Positions 27,732 through 37,576 of a stretch of DNA of 64,000 nucleotides are shown here, one piece after another. The notes under the pieces were generated by a model, which had not been told where the DNA came from, searched no databases, and saw only the letters and a list, made by a program, of their open reading frames with translations. The stretch's first letter is position 1. Each line of letters begins with the position of its first letter. Where the stretch lies: positions 1-64,000 of IMG/VR virus record IMGVR_UViG_3300013426_000001; one strand, written 5' to 3'. This stretch comes from a virus. Its lineage: Duplodnaviria > Caudoviricetes. The translations under genes were made by a program, and so were the position numbers.

Positions 27732-29327
27732 ATGAGTTTAATAATTAATGGAACAGAAGTTACCGAAGTAAAAGTAAACGGGGTCTCTGTTACCGAGGTT
27801 AGAGTGGTTGCGAGCGGATCTTCTGATTACGTGGTAGTTTTTAGCACAGGCGGCAGTGATATTCCCGTAGCTGAGAGTTATACTGACTTTAGCATTGGTG
27901 ATTTTTACGAAGGCTCGTATATAAATGAAGATTGGGTGGATTATGGGTTGATTCCATATGATAAATTAACGCAAATTCAAGAAATATTATTTAATGGTAA
28001 GAAAGAAATAGTCTATTTATTCGATTCGTTAAATGCTCATTATAATTTTAATTACAGTGCGTTTGCAGATACATATGGCGGTGCCGACTTATATAAAAAT
28101 AATAATTGTAACACCCCTATCGGATTTTTAGATTCAATGAGTGTTGACAATCTCCCGACCACAATATATACCACATTCGACATCATAGATTCCCAAAAAG
28201 CGGCGGATAATGAGGGTGATTATTCGGATTATATCCCATGTTTTGGCGGAGCGCTTAAATATGGGATTACAATCTCTCCAAGTCTTTTTGGTTTGTCTTA
28301 TTCTCAAAAAGATTATTTTTATAATATAACTGAAGACCCCCTGGCTTTTAGCGATGGAAATAATATAGCATTAATTTGGATAGATGAGAATATGACAGAT
28401 GCGCGTTTAGGATTTATTCTTGACAAAATCACCAATGACGAAACGGGTTTTATAACTACCATAACGAGTGGAGTAAATCAAAAACTCATGATTTTGTTAG
28501 CAGGTGATGAAACGATTGAAAGTTTTAACCATTATGCTGAAATAGTATTAAACCACATTCCATATTTAAACAATCGACCCGTTGATTTTGGTATTTTACA
28601 AAAATATAACGCATGGGATGACGAGCTTAGTATTATTTTAACTGAAACGGCTACGAACGACTGTTTTTATATGTTCCCAGTTCCTTTAACTAAAACTTTT
28701 ATAGAAAGTCAGGGTTGGGATTGGAGTAATTATACTGGAAATAAAAACACCTATATCGCAAGAGCTTTAGACGTGTTATGGTACACCGATTCGAGCGGGC
28801 AGACACAATATTTCCACGACTTTTTAATTCGTTTTGACGATTTGGAAATTAACAAAAAGCAAAATAATAATGTGTTGAGTGCCATGACCAGTCGAGGTGG
28901 TAACCCGAAATTTTATATTCCGAATTATATATATAACATGGTTAATATGCTCGATTCGGCTAAGTCTCAAACGCCCGAACGCCCATTTGCGTTGTATACC
29001 GATCAAATTAACTTGGCGATAGAAGGCGATATGTCTGCTACCGATTGCACGGCTATTGCAAATACTTTTGACCATGTGTATTTAGGTTATCGTTTGAGTT
29101 TTTTGCTCAACCATAATATGGAGGCCGATGAGAATGAAGGGTCGTGGTCACCTTTATTTGCGAAGATGATTGCAACCGAGAAACAACGTTCAAATGCGGA
29201 TTCATTGACTAATGTTGAGTTTTTCTCGGCGATGAATACGGCATTATATGAAATTACTGCAAATAGCACAAGTGAGAGAACGTGGACGATCAATGTTGAT
29301 CGTGTAGTAATCGGTTCGCAGAGTTAA
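27732..29327 (+). CDS. Putative fibre tip / receptor-binding protein
   Basis: Short N-terminal LIINGTEVTEVKVNGVSV peptide followed by an AT-rich, aromatic-rich globular region. Confidence 0.5.
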   Translation: MSLIINGTEVTEVKVNGVSVTEVRVVASGSSDYVVVFSTGGSDIPVAESYTDFSIGDFYEGSYINEDWVDYGLIPYDKLTQIQEILFNGKKEIVYLFDSLNAHYNFNYSAFADTYGGADLYKNNNCNTPIGFLDSMSVDNLPTTIYTTFDIIDSQKAADNEGDYSDYIPCFGGALKYGITISPSLFGLSYSQKDYFYNITEDPLAFSDGNNIALIWIDENMTDARLGFILDKITNDETGFITTITSGVNQKLMILLAGDETIESFNHYAEIVLNHIPYLNNRPVDFGILQKYNAWDDELSIILTETATNDCFYMFPVPLTKTFIESQGWDWSNYTGNKNTYIARALDVLWYTDSSGQTQYFHDFLIRFDDLEINKKQNNNVLSAMTSRGGNPKFYIPNYIYNMVNMLDSAKSQTPERPFALYTDQINLAIEGDMSATDCTAIANTFDHVYLGYRLSFLLNHNMEADENEGSWSPLFAKMIATEKQRSNADSLTNVEFFSAMNTALYEITANSTSERTWTINVDRVVIGSQS

Positions 29328-29351
29328 ATTAAAAAAAGGAGGATCTGCCTT

Positions 29352-30389
29352 ATGGCAAGGAAAACAGTTTATAATGAAGATCTGTCAAAAGAATGGCAGG
29401 TCGTAAATCCTAAAAATCAAAAATTACTCAAAGAGTTTATTCGTTATTGTGTGGCAAACGATAAAAGTCCACAGACGAGAGCTCAATACGAGTCACAATT
29501 AAAAATTTTCTTTTGTTGGAATTATCGCGAAAACAACGACAAATTTTTCGTCGACGTGAAGAAACGCGATTTTATCAACTTTTTCGGTTGGGGGCGAGAA
29601 ATAGGGTGGAGCCCGTGTCGTCTCGCCTCGCTCCGAGCGGCGTTGAGTTCGTTTAGCAATTATATAGAACGAATACTCGACGAAGACTACCCGACGTTCA
29701 GGAATCTTATAAAGGTTTTAGAACCGATTCACCTCGAACCCGTGCGTGAAAAGACGATTATCGACAAGGACGACATAATCGCGGGAATAGAGCGGCTGGT
29801 CAAGCTCGGCGAATATCAATACGCGTGCTTTTTAGCGCTCCTTTTCTCGTCGGGAATGAGGAAAGCGGAAGCGGCGCAGATGAAAGTTTCGTATTTTACG
29901 ACTAATCAAACGATCGTGTTTAACGGCTTAGCTTATATGACGCCGAAAATCAGAACGAAGGGGCACGGTGCGATGGGTAAACAGGTTCCGAGATACGTTT
30001 TCAGAGAGACTTTTGACAAATATCTCGATTTGTGGCTCAAAGAGCGCGAAAGACTTAACATAAAAATAGACGATTTATTCGTTATAAAAGGTGGTTACGA
30101 GGATTATCAGCCCGCGAAGGCGCAGAACTTTTCGCACTGGGCGGTTAAAATAGGCGAAATTATAGGTATAAATTCATTATATTGTCATAGCCTTCGACAC
30201 TCGTTTACGACTTATCTAAAAAGACAAAATTATCCGACTGACGTAATTCAGAAAATTCAGTCGTGGAGCAGCTCGGATTTAGTCGCGGTTTACGACGATA
30301 GAACCGAGAGCGAAGAATTAGATGGATTTTTCTCGAAATTGACAGACGGGAACAAGATAGAGACGGAGGTAGAAGATGGCAACAATTGA
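29352..30389 (+). CDS. Tyrosine recombinase (YomM-like position in the tail region)
   Basis: SGMRKAE (R), RTKG (K), HSLRH (HxxR), QSW (W replacing H), VAVYD (Y); SAM-like N-domain. Confidence 0.9.
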   Translation: MARKTVYNEDLSKEWQVVNPKNQKLLKEFIRYCVANDKSPQTRAQYESQLKIFFCWNYRENNDKFFVDVKKRDFINFFGWGREIGWSPCRLASLRAALSSFSNYIERILDEDYPTFRNLIKVLEPIHLEPVREKTIIDKDDIIAGIERLVKLGEYQYACFLALLFSSGMRKAEAAQMKVSYFTTNQTIVFNGLAYMTPKIRTKGHGAMGKQVPRYVFRETFDKYLDLWLKERERLNIKIDDLFVIKGGYEDYQPAKAQNFSHWAVKIGEIIGINSLYCHSLRHSFTTYLKRQNYPTDVIQKIQSWSSSDLVAVYDDRTESEELDGFFSKLTDGNKIETEVEDGNN

Positions 30390-31677
30390 CGATTTGGTTA
30401 CGCAGGGTTCGGTAATGCCCGATAATTTACGGTCTGATACCGCACGTGCGAGCCTTGAATATAAAAATCAATTAAAAAACGCAGGCGACATTTACGTCGG
30501 AACTGGCACAAAAATAACGAATGACGAAGCGGGCGTGACGAAGGAAATTTACGTTACCGAAGGCAAAAACATACAAACGGCACTGAATGAAGACATTTTC
30601 AGAGCTGGCGGAAAGAATAACATCGGATTAACTAATTCGGATCTTAGCGGTTATTCTAATAACATCGGAATAGGCAAAGATATTTCTGTTCAAACCAGCG
30701 ACAATATTATAGTCGGTAATTCGGTCACAAATTCGGGTACGAAAAGTGTAATTATGATTGGAAATAATTCCAGTACAGATAATTCGAGCATCACGATTGG
30801 CAATAGAGCAAAATCTATTGGTTATGATTCTGAAATGATTACAATTGGTAACGATGCTGAAAACAACGGTTATAGAGGGATTGTAATTGGACACGGTGCT
30901 TCTATAGCGTCAGGTATTGGTATGTTGACAACTGGAGTGGCGCTTGGTTTTAATGCCAAAGTAAACGCTTCCGAAGCCGTTCAAATAGGTACTGGAACAA
31001 ATTCGATTGCAAATTCTCTTCAGTTTAAAAAAACTCAAATCGTTGATGGTGACGGGCATATAAACGCTACAAAAATAAACGGGGTCTTGAGTACGGATAT
31101 TTTTGAAAGTGATGGGAAGGCAGTAAAAGATGCAACTAATGTTACTGGGTCAATTGGCGGAAGAGCTATTGATAATATATTTGTAGGGGAAACGGCGGTA
31201 GTAAAAAACGCCGAAAATCTTACAATGACAATAGGAGATCCTTATACGCCAGTTTATTTCACTCGAGGAGTACCTGGTGAATGTGCTGTGAAGTATTATA
31301 TGGGTAGGGGTTGGAATAGTAATAACAATCAAGTTCGAATCCCTTATTCAGATATTTCGTTTTATAATGACGGCAAGAAATGGTTGTTAATTACACTTCC
31401 AACCGTGTCTAATAAGGTTACCATAGTTTCGTCTGCCGCTACAAATAACATCGAAGATATTAAGGTTGTTCAGGCGACTGTAAATCATTACTTATTATCC
31501 CAATCTTATCAAACGACCCGTTCTTTTAGCGTCGCGGGGGTCGCCGATAGCACTTACACTATATCCGTGGATAGTCAAGGGGTCTTGATTAAGGGGCCTG
31601 ATGATAAAGAACAGGCTGAGTATTACAAGTATACTTTTCCGTATGTAATGGTTCAGTTTATCAAAGAGTCATGGTGA
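30376..31677 (+). CDS. Fibre/adhesin with YadA-head-like beta-roll repeats
   Basis: Repeats NIGIG, IIVG, IMIG, ITIG, IVIG, VALG, VQIG; N-module shared with 31703. Confidence 0.7.
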   Translation: MATIDDLVTQGSVMPDNLRSDTARASLEYKNQLKNAGDIYVGTGTKITNDEAGVTKEIYVTEGKNIQTALNEDIFRAGGKNNIGLTNSDLSGYSNNIGIGKDISVQTSDNIIVGNSVTNSGTKSVIMIGNNSSTDNSSITIGNRAKSIGYDSEMITIGNDAENNGYRGIVIGHGASIASGIGMLTTGVALGFNAKVNASEAVQIGTGTNSIANSLQFKKTQIVDGDGHINATKINGVLSTDIFESDGKAVKDATNVTGSIGGRAIDNIFVGETAVVKNAENLTMTIGDPYTPVYFTRGVPGECAVKYYMGRGWNSNNNQVRIPYSDISFYNDGKKWLLITLPTVSNKVTIVSSAATNNIEDIKVVQATVNHYLLSQSYQTTRSFSVAGVADSTYTISVDSQGVLIKGPDDKEQAEYYKYTFPYVMVQFIKESW

Positions 31678-31713
31678 GCGTTGGTATTAATCGAGGGCAA
31701 TTATGGTAGATAA
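31675..31713 (+). repeat. 39-bp direct repeat copy 1 (TGAGCGTTGGTATTAATCGAGGGCAATTATGGTAGATAA)
   Basis: Identical to 32630-32668; includes RBS and first codons. Confidence 0.9.
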
Positions 31714-32605
31714 TAAAAATACAATACCCGACAATCTCCGTTCCGATGTCGTGCGTAATTTAATAGAAAACAGAAACACGCTCGCCCAAAAGGGCGCGTT
31801 ATACGTAGGAACGGGTAATTCGCAGGAATTCGACGGCACTTCTTGCGCTGAAACGGTGGCTATAACGCCGCCCTCTCAAGTTGATTGTGTTCTCGTTTCC
31901 GATAATTCTCCTTCGGCTGAAGGAGGGTTGAAGTGGAAAACGATCAAACAAGCGGTTCAAGACGCTCGAAATAATGGACAGTCGATTGCGGTAGACGACG
32001 CGAATAATGCGGTTAGTTCTCAAAACGTTAGTACAACGATAAACGGAGTGGCGCTTAGTGAGATTTTCGAGAGCGACAAGAAAACCGCAAAACAAGCCAC
32101 ATTAGCGCAAAATATTGTCGATGGAGCAGTTACGGGATCCTCATTGAACAAACCGCAGCAATTAGTTTCGCATTCGATTTATATTAAAGCGTCGGATTAT
32201 TCAATGGAAGTTGCGATTCCGTGCGTTAACAACAGTAGTTCTTATGGGAATAACTTCTTAAATTTTTGTAATGATTATAAGAGTGGCTCGGTCGCTTACG
32301 CGGAAAATTTAACAGCGGGAGGACACTTAAATAGGGAAACCGATGGCGGCCTATTCGTAAACATTACACAAGCAATGAAAATGGAAAAAATATCGGCGGG
32401 TCAGGTTTTTAAATATAAAATTGATTTTGCTGGCGTGCGGTATAATTCAGAGAAAAATCGCATGGAAGGGTCAACTTTATCTTTGTATATACGGAATGGA
32501 GACGATGGAACCAAGGCTTATAAATATATAGAACCGACTTCTGGCGAACCAGTTTATACAATAAGAGACTTAGCTTATTCAATAACTGGGATTGAAAACA
32601 TATAA
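31703..32605 (+). CDS. Fibre/adhesin protein, paralog of 30376
   Basis: PDNLRSD...GALYVGTG N-module and INGVAL.EIFESD.K.AK.AT repeat. Confidence 0.65.
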   Translation: MVDNKNTIPDNLRSDVVRNLIENRNTLAQKGALYVGTGNSQEFDGTSCAETVAITPPSQVDCVLVSDNSPSAEGGLKWKTIKQAVQDARNNGQSIAVDDANNAVSSQNVSTTINGVALSEIFESDKKTAKQATLAQNIVDGAVTGSSLNKPQQLVSHSIYIKASDYSMEVAIPCVNNSSSYGNNFLNFCNDYKSGSVAYAENLTAGGHLNRETDGGLFVNITQAMKMEKISAGQVFKYKIDFAGVRYNSEKNRMEGSTLSLYIRNGDDGTKAYKYIEPTSGEPVYTIRDLAYSITGIENI

Positions 32606-32629
32606 AATAAAAAAACCAAATACCAAACT

Positions 32630-32668
32630 TGAGCGTTGGTATTAATCGAGGGCAATTATGGTAGATAA
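32630..32668 (+). repeat. 39-bp direct repeat copy 2
   Basis: Identical to 31675-31713. Confidence 0.9.
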
Positions 32669-33764
32669 AAAATATAGAAGTGAATACACGGGGGAAGAAA
32701 TCGACGCCGCCGTGACCAAAATCAATGCCCTTGATCTGAACAACTATTACGATAAGTCGGATATTGACGCGGAGCTCGACAAAAAACTCGACAAATCCGC
32801 AGCCGAAGCGACTTATTACAACAAAACAGAAATTGATGATCAAGGACATTTTGAAAACGATACACCAAACGCTCAAGTATCGGTCGGAAATCTCGCGGCT
32901 GGAACGAAGCTCGCGGGGCTTTCCCTTAAAACGATTTTGAAGATGATGGTGTACGGGGAGCGGTCTTACCCCGAACTTACGGCGCCGTCGTTTGGTTATA
33001 CGCTTAACGGAGCGAACTTCGGGATGTGCGGAGCGGCTTATGCGCTTAGCGGCGTGCTCACTTTTGACAGAGGGCTTATCAATCCTGCTTATGGCACGAG
33101 CGGTAAACGTGCTGGCTTACCGTACCGTTACGATGTTGGTGGAAACCAAATCGATAGCGAACTTACGGAACAGCCGTTTAGTTACGCGTATACGATTTTG
33201 GGACCTGGCGAAAACGAGGTGAAAATCGACGTTTATTACGCGCAGGGCGAACAACCGCTTGATAGCATTGGAGCACCTTATGGAGCGCCTTATCCCGCTG
33301 GCTCGATAGAAAAGATGATAACGGTTACGGGGCTTACGGCTTCGTTTAGCGGTATTGACGGGCAAGAACCGACTAAAGATACTTTCCCTGCCGAACTTAT
33401 CCCGTTTGATAGTAAAGATTTTGAAGAGAGCGGTCTTTTCGGAGATGGGAGTGAAATTTATGGTTATCAAGTGGCGACGCCTGGAATTACGACTGCGCAA
33501 GACGTACAAATCATTTTGTTACCTGACGGCGTGGATATTTACGGAATTCAAAGTTGGAACGTTTTATGCGGTGGCTGGAGCTGGTTTTACGGCGAAACCG
33601 CGCAGGAAACGATGGCGGCTAACACGTGGATTAAAACGGACGAGGTTGTATCGAAAGAGATTGACGGTGTTTCGGTGAATTATCGCAAATACAAATTCAA
33701 TACCGAGGATTACGGTTTGATGGACGAAAATTATTTTAGATTCTTTCTTAAGGAGGTCGAGTAA
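32658..33764 (+). CDS. Fibre-chain protein (YTG N-module, Ig-like C-region)
   Basis: SEYTGEEIDAAV; GLSLKTILKMMV...P.L region resembles 34366 gene. Confidence 0.6.
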   Translation: MVDKKYRSEYTGEEIDAAVTKINALDLNNYYDKSDIDAELDKKLDKSAAEATYYNKTEIDDQGHFENDTPNAQVSVGNLAAGTKLAGLSLKTILKMMVYGERSYPELTAPSFGYTLNGANFGMCGAAYALSGVLTFDRGLINPAYGTSGKRAGLPYRYDVGGNQIDSELTEQPFSYAYTILGPGENEVKIDVYYAQGEQPLDSIGAPYGAPYPAGSIEKMITVTGLTASFSGIDGQEPTKDTFPAELIPFDSKDFEESGLFGDGSEIYGYQVATPGITTAQDVQIILLPDGVDIYGIQSWNVLCGGWSWFYGETAQETMAANTWIKTDEVVSKEIDGVSVNYRKYKFNTEDYGLMDENYFRFFLKEVE

Positions 33765-33766
33765 AT

Positions 33767-34345
33767 ATGGGCAGGATTAGAGGTAGTTTTATAACGAGTA
33801 ACAATTACGAAGTTAAAAAAACGGCGCCTTTCGACGCCCGTATGCTCGTTAAGAAGAAATCCGACTTAACAGACCCGAGTTCGTGGAGCATAGCGGGAAG
33901 TTATAACGGTATGATCGTTGCGGTTGGAAACGACCCCGAAAAGGCGAATAATGGCTTATACATGCTTACGGATGTCGGGAATATAGATTCGCTGAGTTCG
34001 TGGATGAAGTTCGCGGAATTGTCTGATTTAGAGGCGATGAGTGCGAATATCCAAAACTTAACCGAAGAATTAGGCTTGGTAAAAGCCGAGCTCGACAAAA
34101 AGCAGGATAAACTTATTGCGGGCAAAAATATTATAATTGAGGATAACGTGATTTCGGCTACTGGCGAGGCTGGTGGCGGAAGTAGCGCTATTCAAGTGGA
34201 CAATCTTCCTGAAACTGGGGAAGAAGATACTATTTACTGTGTTAAAAATGACGGTTCGCTCTATATGTGGAACGAAGGCGCGTGGGTTTGCTACGGCAGA
34301 GATTACGAGCGTTTAACTATGTTATTGGGCGGATCGGCGAATTAA
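33767..34345 (+). CDS. Fibre-chain protein (PxDA N-module, LGG C-terminus)
   Basis: APFDARMLV...YNGMIVAV; KQDKLIAGKNIII; ends LLGGSAN. Confidence 0.6.
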   Translation: MGRIRGSFITSNNYEVKKTAPFDARMLVKKKSDLTDPSSWSIAGSYNGMIVAVGNDPEKANNGLYMLTDVGNIDSLSSWMKFAELSDLEAMSANIQNLTEELGLVKAELDKKQDKLIAGKNIIIEDNVISATGEAGGGSSAIQVDNLPETGEEDTIYCVKNDGSLYMWNEGAWVCYGRDYERLTMLLGGSAN

Positions 34346-34365
34346 ATTTTTTAAAGGAGAAGAAT

Positions 34366-35622
34366 ATGGCAGACACAACTCTTCAAACTACGATCATTTT
34401 AAGAAATGACGTGACGGCGAATTGGGCTAATTCGACACTTGTTCTCAAAAAAGGCGAAGTGGCTATCGACACCGAGAAAAACATTTTCAAAATTGGTGAT
34501 GGCGAAAAGACCTTTTCGCAAATAGACAAATATTTTGCGTCGTTCGATGAAGTCGTTAAAGCGATTAACGAAGCAACGAAGAATCTTCATACGGCTGACG
34601 TATATGAAGCAGAAGTCAATCTTGGCGCTGACAAACTCGCGGCGCTTAAAGCATTGGCGACTAACCCGTTCAAAGGCGATTTCGGTATTGTAAAAGAAAA
34701 ACTCTCACCCGAAGGCAAGTATCAGTACACGGCGTACATCTATGACGGCGAAAACTGGGCGGCGATGGATGGCAACTATGACGCGGAAAACGTTTATTTT
34801 CAAAAGGACATTACGATAACTGCGCCTATTGGTGTTCAGACGATTCCTTCGAGTGGCTCTAAAACCCTTGCTACGACTGGCAAAAACCTTAAACAGGTTT
34901 TCGATATGATAGTCGCAGAAGAAAAGAATCCGAGCACGACTCAACCGACCGCTACGCTTAACTCGAGCAATATCGGAGCAAAGGAAGTTGGTACAAACAT
35001 CGCGATCGCTTACTCGTTTGCGACCAACGCTGGCTCTTATACTTACGGACCCGCTACGGGTGTTACGTTCTCTGACTATGAAGCGACATTCAATGGCGAG
35101 ACACTTACTGGCGCTACGGGCACGTTTGCTTCCATGCAGGTTATCGATGACACCAACCTTTCGATTAGCGGTAAATGCTCGTCGAGTGAAGGCGCTGTTC
35201 CTCTTACTAACCTTGGCAACCCCTATGAAACGGGTAAAATCGCGGCAAAAAATTATACACCGAGCAGAGGCACGTTGACTGGCTATCGTGGCTGGTTCTA
35301 CGGCTATTACAATGGCGACAATGCAATTGCAGCTCCCGCTTCAATTACTTCTGCTCAACTCAGAGCGTTTGGCACGAAAACGAGCTTCCCGACGACGATG
35401 AATACCACGAAGATGCAGCAGATGTTCTTCGCTGCTCCCAAGGGTAAAGTTTCGAGCGTTGCGATTTCGAATGCAGTTAACGGAGCTCCGTTGACAGTTA
35501 CCAAAGGTTCCGCTTCTGTTGAAGGCGCGAACGGCTATACGGCCGCTGAATACGATCTTTTCTACGTTGCTAACGCGGTTGCGGAAGGCGGCGACTCGAA
35601 ATGGAATATCGTGGCGAAATAA
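34366..35622 (+). CDS. Fibre-chain protein with Mtd_N-like N-domain
   Basis: SD AAGGAG; IILRND..ANW....LVLKKGEVAI...FKIGDG. Confidence 0.7.
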   Translation: MADTTLQTTIILRNDVTANWANSTLVLKKGEVAIDTEKNIFKIGDGEKTFSQIDKYFASFDEVVKAINEATKNLHTADVYEAEVNLGADKLAALKALATNPFKGDFGIVKEKLSPEGKYQYTAYIYDGENWAAMDGNYDAENVYFQKDITITAPIGVQTIPSSGSKTLATTGKNLKQVFDMIVAEEKNPSTTQPTATLNSSNIGAKEVGTNIAIAYSFATNAGSYTYGPATGVTFSDYEATFNGETLTGATGTFASMQVIDDTNLSISGKCSSSEGAVPLTNLGNPYETGKIAAKNYTPSRGTLTGYRGWFYGYYNGDNAIAAPASITSAQLRAFGTKTSFPTTMNTTKMQQMFFAAPKGKVSSVAISNAVNGAPLTVTKGSASVEGANGYTAAEYDLFYVANAVAEGGDSKWNIVAK

Positions 35623-35640
35623 TAGGGAGGAAAATATAAT

Positions 35641-37512
35641 ATGACACGTGAAGAATTTTTTGAAAAATTAAATAACGGCGCAAAGTGGGACGTTGGTGTT
35701 GCGATTAATCGTACTAACCCTGTTCCTCTTGATGCTAATTCTGTTTTTGAATCCCTTGACGCGCTTACGACTTATGCGACCACCAACGCGCTTGCGTACC
35801 CTGGTCAAGTTGTTGCGGTTTTGGGAGAAGACGAAATTGCGGCGTACCTGATTAAAACGACTGGCGCTGGCGCGTTGATAAGCAAACTTGCAGCTTCGAG
35901 TGCGTCTGGCGATATCTCTGCGGACGTTGAAACTCTTAAAACGCAGGTTGCGAACATCATAAATGGTACGCAGGTTGTTGGCGCAGCTACCAAAGCTACG
36001 CAGGATGGCGAAGGAAACGTTATCTCGACGACTTATGCTACTGCGACTGCGCTTGATGGCGTAAAGACGACTGCTGAAAAAGGCGTTACTGACGCTGCGG
36101 AAGCTAAATCTGCTGCTGACGCCGCCAAAGAAGCTGCCGACGCGAAGGTTGGCGCGGTTTCTCTTGCGACTGGCACTGAAAACGGCACCGTAAAACTCAC
36201 GGTTGATGGAACTGATACCGAAGTTGCGGTTAAAGGACTTGGCTCTGCGGCTTATACTACGGCCGACGCTTATGACGCGGCGGGAACTGCGAAGGGATTG
36301 GTTGATGAGCATAACGTTTCGGCCGAAGCGCACTCTGATATTAGAGAATCTATAACTGCTCTTGCAGAAAAGGTCAGCGGACGTGCAACGGGTTATGTTT
36401 TCGCGAACAAAGAAGACCCGAAATATACCGAAGCGATTGGTAAAACTGGTTCTTTCGTCGTCGGTGATACAATTTATTTCACAGACGCAAACATTCCTGA
36501 CGAATGGGTGACTGCTGTTAATGAAAGTGAACCGTTCTACAACTTCCAGGAAATCGAAACTGAAAAGCCTAATCTTGACGGTTACGTTAAAGACACGAGA
36601 ACGATTAACGGCAAAGACTTAAAGACTGATATTGTACTCGGCGTTGCCGATATCGAGGGTGCGGCTTCGAAGACCGACGTTTCGACTGCTAAGACCGAAG
36701 TTCTCGGCGAAGTTGACACGAAACTTGAAGGCTACGTAAAAACCACCGAGCTTGACGGCAAAGGTTATATAACTAAAGACGTTGACGATCTTACGAACTA
36801 CACGACCACTGCTGACCTTAACACGGCGCTTGGCAACAAACAGGATAAGAACGCGACTCTTACGGCTATCGCGGCTCTTACGGGCGAAGGTTTGGTTAAG
36901 AAAACCGCTGACGGCGTTGAACTTGACACGAATGCGTACATAACCGAAGCGGCACTTACCGATTACGCGAAGAGTGCTGACGTTACGAAGGAAATTAACG
37001 AAGCGGTTGCTGATAAACAGACAGCCGATCAAGTAAACGCGCTTATCGCGGCTGCTACGATTCAGGGTTCGAAGGTTGAAGGCGCTGTTGCTAATGCGAC
37101 GACTGCTGCTACTGCGAACAAAGTCGCGAACAAACTTACGATTGGCTCGGAAGAATATGATGGCTCGGCTCCTGTTGAAGTAACCGCTGCTACTCTTGGT
37201 GCCCTTACCGAAGTTCCTGCTGCTACCGCTGAAAAGATTGGTGGTTTCAAGCTTCTTGGCGAAGAAGAAACGGCTGAAGAAACGGCTACTCATCGCATAG
37301 TTAAACTCGATGCTCACGACCACGCTTATGTCGACGTTCCCGCCGCGATGGTTTATAGTGCAAAAGCTGATGGCGGTCTTGAACTTGAAGACGGCGCGTT
37401 CGGAATTAAAGCACTCGGCGTTAAAGATTCGATGATCGAGAATGTTAGTACGGATAAGTTCGTTCAAGGGACAAACCCGTTTGTTCTCGATGGTGGTAAC
37501 GCAAACATTTAA
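35641..37512 (+). CDS. Long fibre protein (PxDA N-module, DGG C-terminus)
   Basis: VPLDANSVF...YPGQVVAV; Ala/Thr-rich shaft; ends VLDGGNANI. Confidence 0.7.
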   Translation: MTREEFFEKLNNGAKWDVGVAINRTNPVPLDANSVFESLDALTTYATTNALAYPGQVVAVLGEDEIAAYLIKTTGAGALISKLAASSASGDISADVETLKTQVANIINGTQVVGAATKATQDGEGNVISTTYATATALDGVKTTAEKGVTDAAEAKSAADAAKEAADAKVGAVSLATGTENGTVKLTVDGTDTEVAVKGLGSAAYTTADAYDAAGTAKGLVDEHNVSAEAHSDIRESITALAEKVSGRATGYVFANKEDPKYTEAIGKTGSFVVGDTIYFTDANIPDEWVTAVNESEPFYNFQEIETEKPNLDGYVKDTRTINGKDLKTDIVLGVADIEGAASKTDVSTAKTEVLGEVDTKLEGYVKTTELDGKGYITKDVDDLTNYTTTADLNTALGNKQDKNATLTAIAALTGEGLVKKTADGVELDTNAYITEAALTDYAKSADVTKEINEAVADKQTADQVNALIAAATIQGSKVEGAVANATTAATANKVANKLTIGSEEYDGSAPVEVTAATLGALTEVPAATAEKIGGFKLLGEEETAEETATHRIVKLDAHDHAYVDVPAAMVYSAKADGGLELEDGAFGIKALGVKDSMIENVSTDKFVQGTNPFVLDGGNANI

Positions 37513-37576
37513 AACACGGCAAGGGGAGTTTAACTACTCCCCTTCACTAAAATAAAAATATAGAGGTCAAAATAAT

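Noticed and set aside
29352-30389. Recombinase as prophage integrase marking an att boundary
   Set aside because: Flanked by phage structural genes on both sides; no host genes or tRNA nearby
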